A DNA stretch of 19,341 nt from Gemmatimonadota bacterium (GTDB lineage: Bacteria > Gemmatimonadota > Gemmatimonadetes > Gemmatimonadales > Gemmatimonadaceae). The first letter of the stretch is position 1. Every line of letters begins with the position of its first letter. Where the stretch lies: assembly GCA_031372565.1 (NCBI GenBank), contig JANMLN010000088.1, forward strand, positions 1 to 19,341, written 5' to 3'. Position numbers and translations under genes: made by a program. The notes below the pieces were generated by a model that saw nothing but the letters and a program-made list of their open reading frames with translations, searched no databases and had not been told where the DNA came from. Positions 17,640 through 19,341 of this stretch are shown here, piece by piece.

Positions 17640-19105
17640 TTGATCGCCACGTTCTGCACCAACCGCGAGTAGAACTTCACCAGGTCACCCAGGTCCTTCA
17701 CCGCCACACGTTCGTTCGTCCCGTGTACGCGCTTGAGGTCAGAGGAGGTGATATGCGCGGGCGAGTACCGGAACACGTTCTGCGAGAGGCCGCTGAAGTG
17801 GCGCGAGTCGGTACCGCCGATCACGAGGTAGGGAATCACCACCGCATCCGGCGTGATCTCGCGAATCGTGCGCGAGAGCGCATCGAACTCCGCCGATCGC
17901 ACATCCGAGACCGGGGATGGGTCGCTGCCGATGCCGGTGAAGCTCACCTCCACGCGCGCATCACCGATCGCGTCGATGACGTGCTGCTTCACGCTCTCGC
18001 GCGTCTCGCCGGGCAGTATCCGGAAGTTGATCACCGCGCGCGCGGTCAGCGGCAGCACGTTGTCCTTGGGGCTGCCACTGAGCATCGTAGGCGCTGTGGT
18101 GGTGCGCAGCATCGCCGCACCAGCCGGCTGCTTGAGCAGTTGGGCCGTGAGCACCGGCCCGAACAGCCAGCGGTTGGACATGAACAGGCGCAGGCCGAAG
18201 CCCACGTGTGGCGCGAGCCCATCGAGCATGGCCTCCGTGGCCGCCGTGAAGCGTGTCGGAAGCTGCGCCGCTTGTACCCGCGTCACGGCGGCCGCCAGCA
18301 CGCCGGCCGCGGTCTCGTCAGGCGGCTGCGACGAATGTCCGCCGGTCCCCTGCACGGTGAGCGCGATGCTCTGGTAGCCCTTTTCCGCGATGCCCACCAG
18401 CGCGGCCGGGCGTGCCATGCCGGGGAACACGGAATCGGCGAGCGCGCCGCCTTCATCGATGACCATCGCCAAGCGTACGCCACGCGACTGCAACAGCTTG
18501 GCAATCGCGACCGCTCCCGAGCCCAGCACCTCTTCGTTGTGCCCGAACTCGAGATAGATGGTGCGCTTCGGGCGCACCCCCTTGGCCAGCAGCGTCTCGA
18601 TCGCCTCGAGCTCGGCGACCACATTCAGCTTGTCATCGAGTGCCCCACGTCCCCACACGAAGCCATCGGCAATCACGCCGGAGAAGGGCGGGTGGGTCCA
18701 GCTCGCTTCTGACCCCTTCTCGACCGGCACCACGTCCATGTGCGCCATCAGCAGCACGGGTGGCTGGCGTGTCTCGGTCCCCTCCCACGTATACAGCCAA
18801 CTCTCCTCGACCTTCTCGCGCTTGAGCGTGGCATGGACGCGCGGGTAGGTGCGCTCCATCCACTGCCGCAGGGAGTCCAGGGCGGCGACGTTGGGAGGGA
18901 GCGTGTCGGACCAGGACACGGTGCCGATCCGGATGGCTTGCCCCAGGTGCGCCGCGACCATGTCTGGAGAGGGGGCGTCGACCGTGATGGCCGCTCCGGT
19001 GACGGTGGCCGGGGCCTTGAGCCCCAAGGTGCGTCCCGCCGCGATGCCGACGGCCAGGAGGAGGAGGGCGCCGAGGCCGCCAAGTAGACGCAGGAGGAGT
19101 CGCAT
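17630..19105 (-). CDS. M20-family metallopeptidase/amidohydrolase with N-terminal membrane anchor (carboxypeptidase S / PM20D1-like)
   Basis: Hydrophobic N-terminus MRLLLRLLGGLGALLLLAVGIAA. Motifs AHMDVVP, WGRGALDDK, GHNEE, IDEG, GGHSS, GGTDSRHF and HGTNE. Start at ATG 19105. Confidence 0.9.
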   Translation of the reverse strand: MRLLLRLLGGLGALLLLAVGIAAGRTLGLKAPATVTGAAITVDAPSPDMVAAHLGQAIRIGTVSWSDTLPPNVAALDSLRQWMERTYPRVHATLKREKVEESWLYTWEGTETRQPPVLLMAHMDVVPVEKGSEASWTHPPFSGVIADGFVWGRGALDDKLNVVAELEAIETLLAKGVRPKRTIYLEFGHNEEVLGSGAVAIAKLLQSRGVRLAMVIDEGGALADSVFPGMARPAALVGIAEKGYQSIALTVQGTGGHSSQPPDETAAGVLAAAVTRVQAAQLPTRFTAATEAMLDGLAPHVGFGLRLFMSNRWLFGPVLTAQLLKQPAGAAMLRTTTAPTMLSGSPKDNVLPLTARAVINFRILPGETRESVKQHVIDAIGDARVEVSFTGIGSDPSPVSDVRSAEFDALSRTIREITPDAVVIPYLVIGGTDSRHFSGLSQNVFRYSPAHITSSDLKRVHGTNERVAVKDLGDLVKFYSRLVQNVAINTR

Positions 19106-19124
19106 ACGGGGCGAAGGGTACGTC

Positions 19125-19153
19125 TTGACCCGGGCCGTGAGCAAGGGTAAGCT
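19125..19153 (+). promoter_or_regulatory. Putative sigma70-type promoter, divergent from the M20 peptidase gene
   Basis: TTGACC (19125-19130), 17-nt spacer, TAAGCT (19148-19153), followed by an AT-rich start region. Confidence 0.65.
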
Positions 19154-19159
19154 TCTGTC

Positions 19160-19338
19160 TTACAACGCAATAAGTGGATTGGCCAGGCTTGCCGATCCCA
19201 CCCTCTGGCCTTCCGCGCACGTTCGCGTGCGCACTTGTGCTGCAGGAGTCTACGCCTGACGCTCGCCCGCCACGGGTTCGTGGTGCGGTGTGCGTTCATG
19301 TCGCGGACTCCATCAAACGGGGTCCGCGTTTCGTTTTT
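19160..19338 (+). ncRNA. Candidate structured leader/attenuator RNA or sRNA
   Basis: Four hairpins (19174-19201, 19215-19232, 19268-19285, 19302-19328) between a promoter and a T-rich tract. No SD-supported ORF. Confidence 0.45.
19302..19338 (+). terminator. Intrinsic terminator-like hairpin
   Basis: CGCGGACTCC-ATCAAAC-GGGGTCCGCG (10-bp stem, one G-U) followed by TTTCGTTTTT. Confidence 0.65.
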
Positions 19339-19341
19339 CCC

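Noticed and set aside
17582..18712. 376-aa + strand ORF
   Set aside because: Antisense shadow of the M20 peptidase, with no recognisable motifs.
19160..19338. 6S RNA, SRP RNA, tmRNA or tRNA identity for the terminal structured region
   Set aside because: No end-to-end rod with central bubble, no SRP GGAA-loop motif and no cloverleaf or tRNA-like ends.
1..19341. CRISPR arrays, IS elements, prophage genes, rRNA
   Set aside because: No regularly spaced repeats, transposase/integrase motifs or rRNA-like sequence were seen.

Overview
GC-rich bacterial window. The gene content and order are reminiscent of Gemmatimonadota, but that is inference and unverified. Most of it (1-16833) is one tightly packed + strand run of 18 housekeeping-type genes: hrcA (5'-truncated), dnaJ, prmA, rsmE, HIT protein, GatB/YqeY protein, mutS2, dnaG, a coiled-coil C4 zinc-ribbon protein, recJ, rsmD, coaD, a three-gene partner-switching module (STAS anti-anti-sigma, RsbW-like kinase, GAF-PP2C phosphatase), rsmA, a DEDDh 3'-5' exonuclease and an MBL-fold hydrolase. 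A Uma2-family endonuclease follows, then a convergent membrane-anchored M20 peptidase on the - strand. I found no tRNA, rRNA, CRISPR array, transposase or recognisable defence island, and I cannot support a new multi-gene system. The best leads are non-coding. (1) A sigma70-like promoter at the right end drives a ~175-nt multi-hairpin RNA with a terminator, a competing antiterminator pairing and a possible pseudoknot (attenuator leader or sRNA). (2) A promoter plus SD-led 10-codon micro-ORF sits in frame with yqeY at the position where rpsU usually lies. (3) Three hairpins lie upstream of the Uma2 gene. (4) The partner-switching module has no sigma factor in the window.
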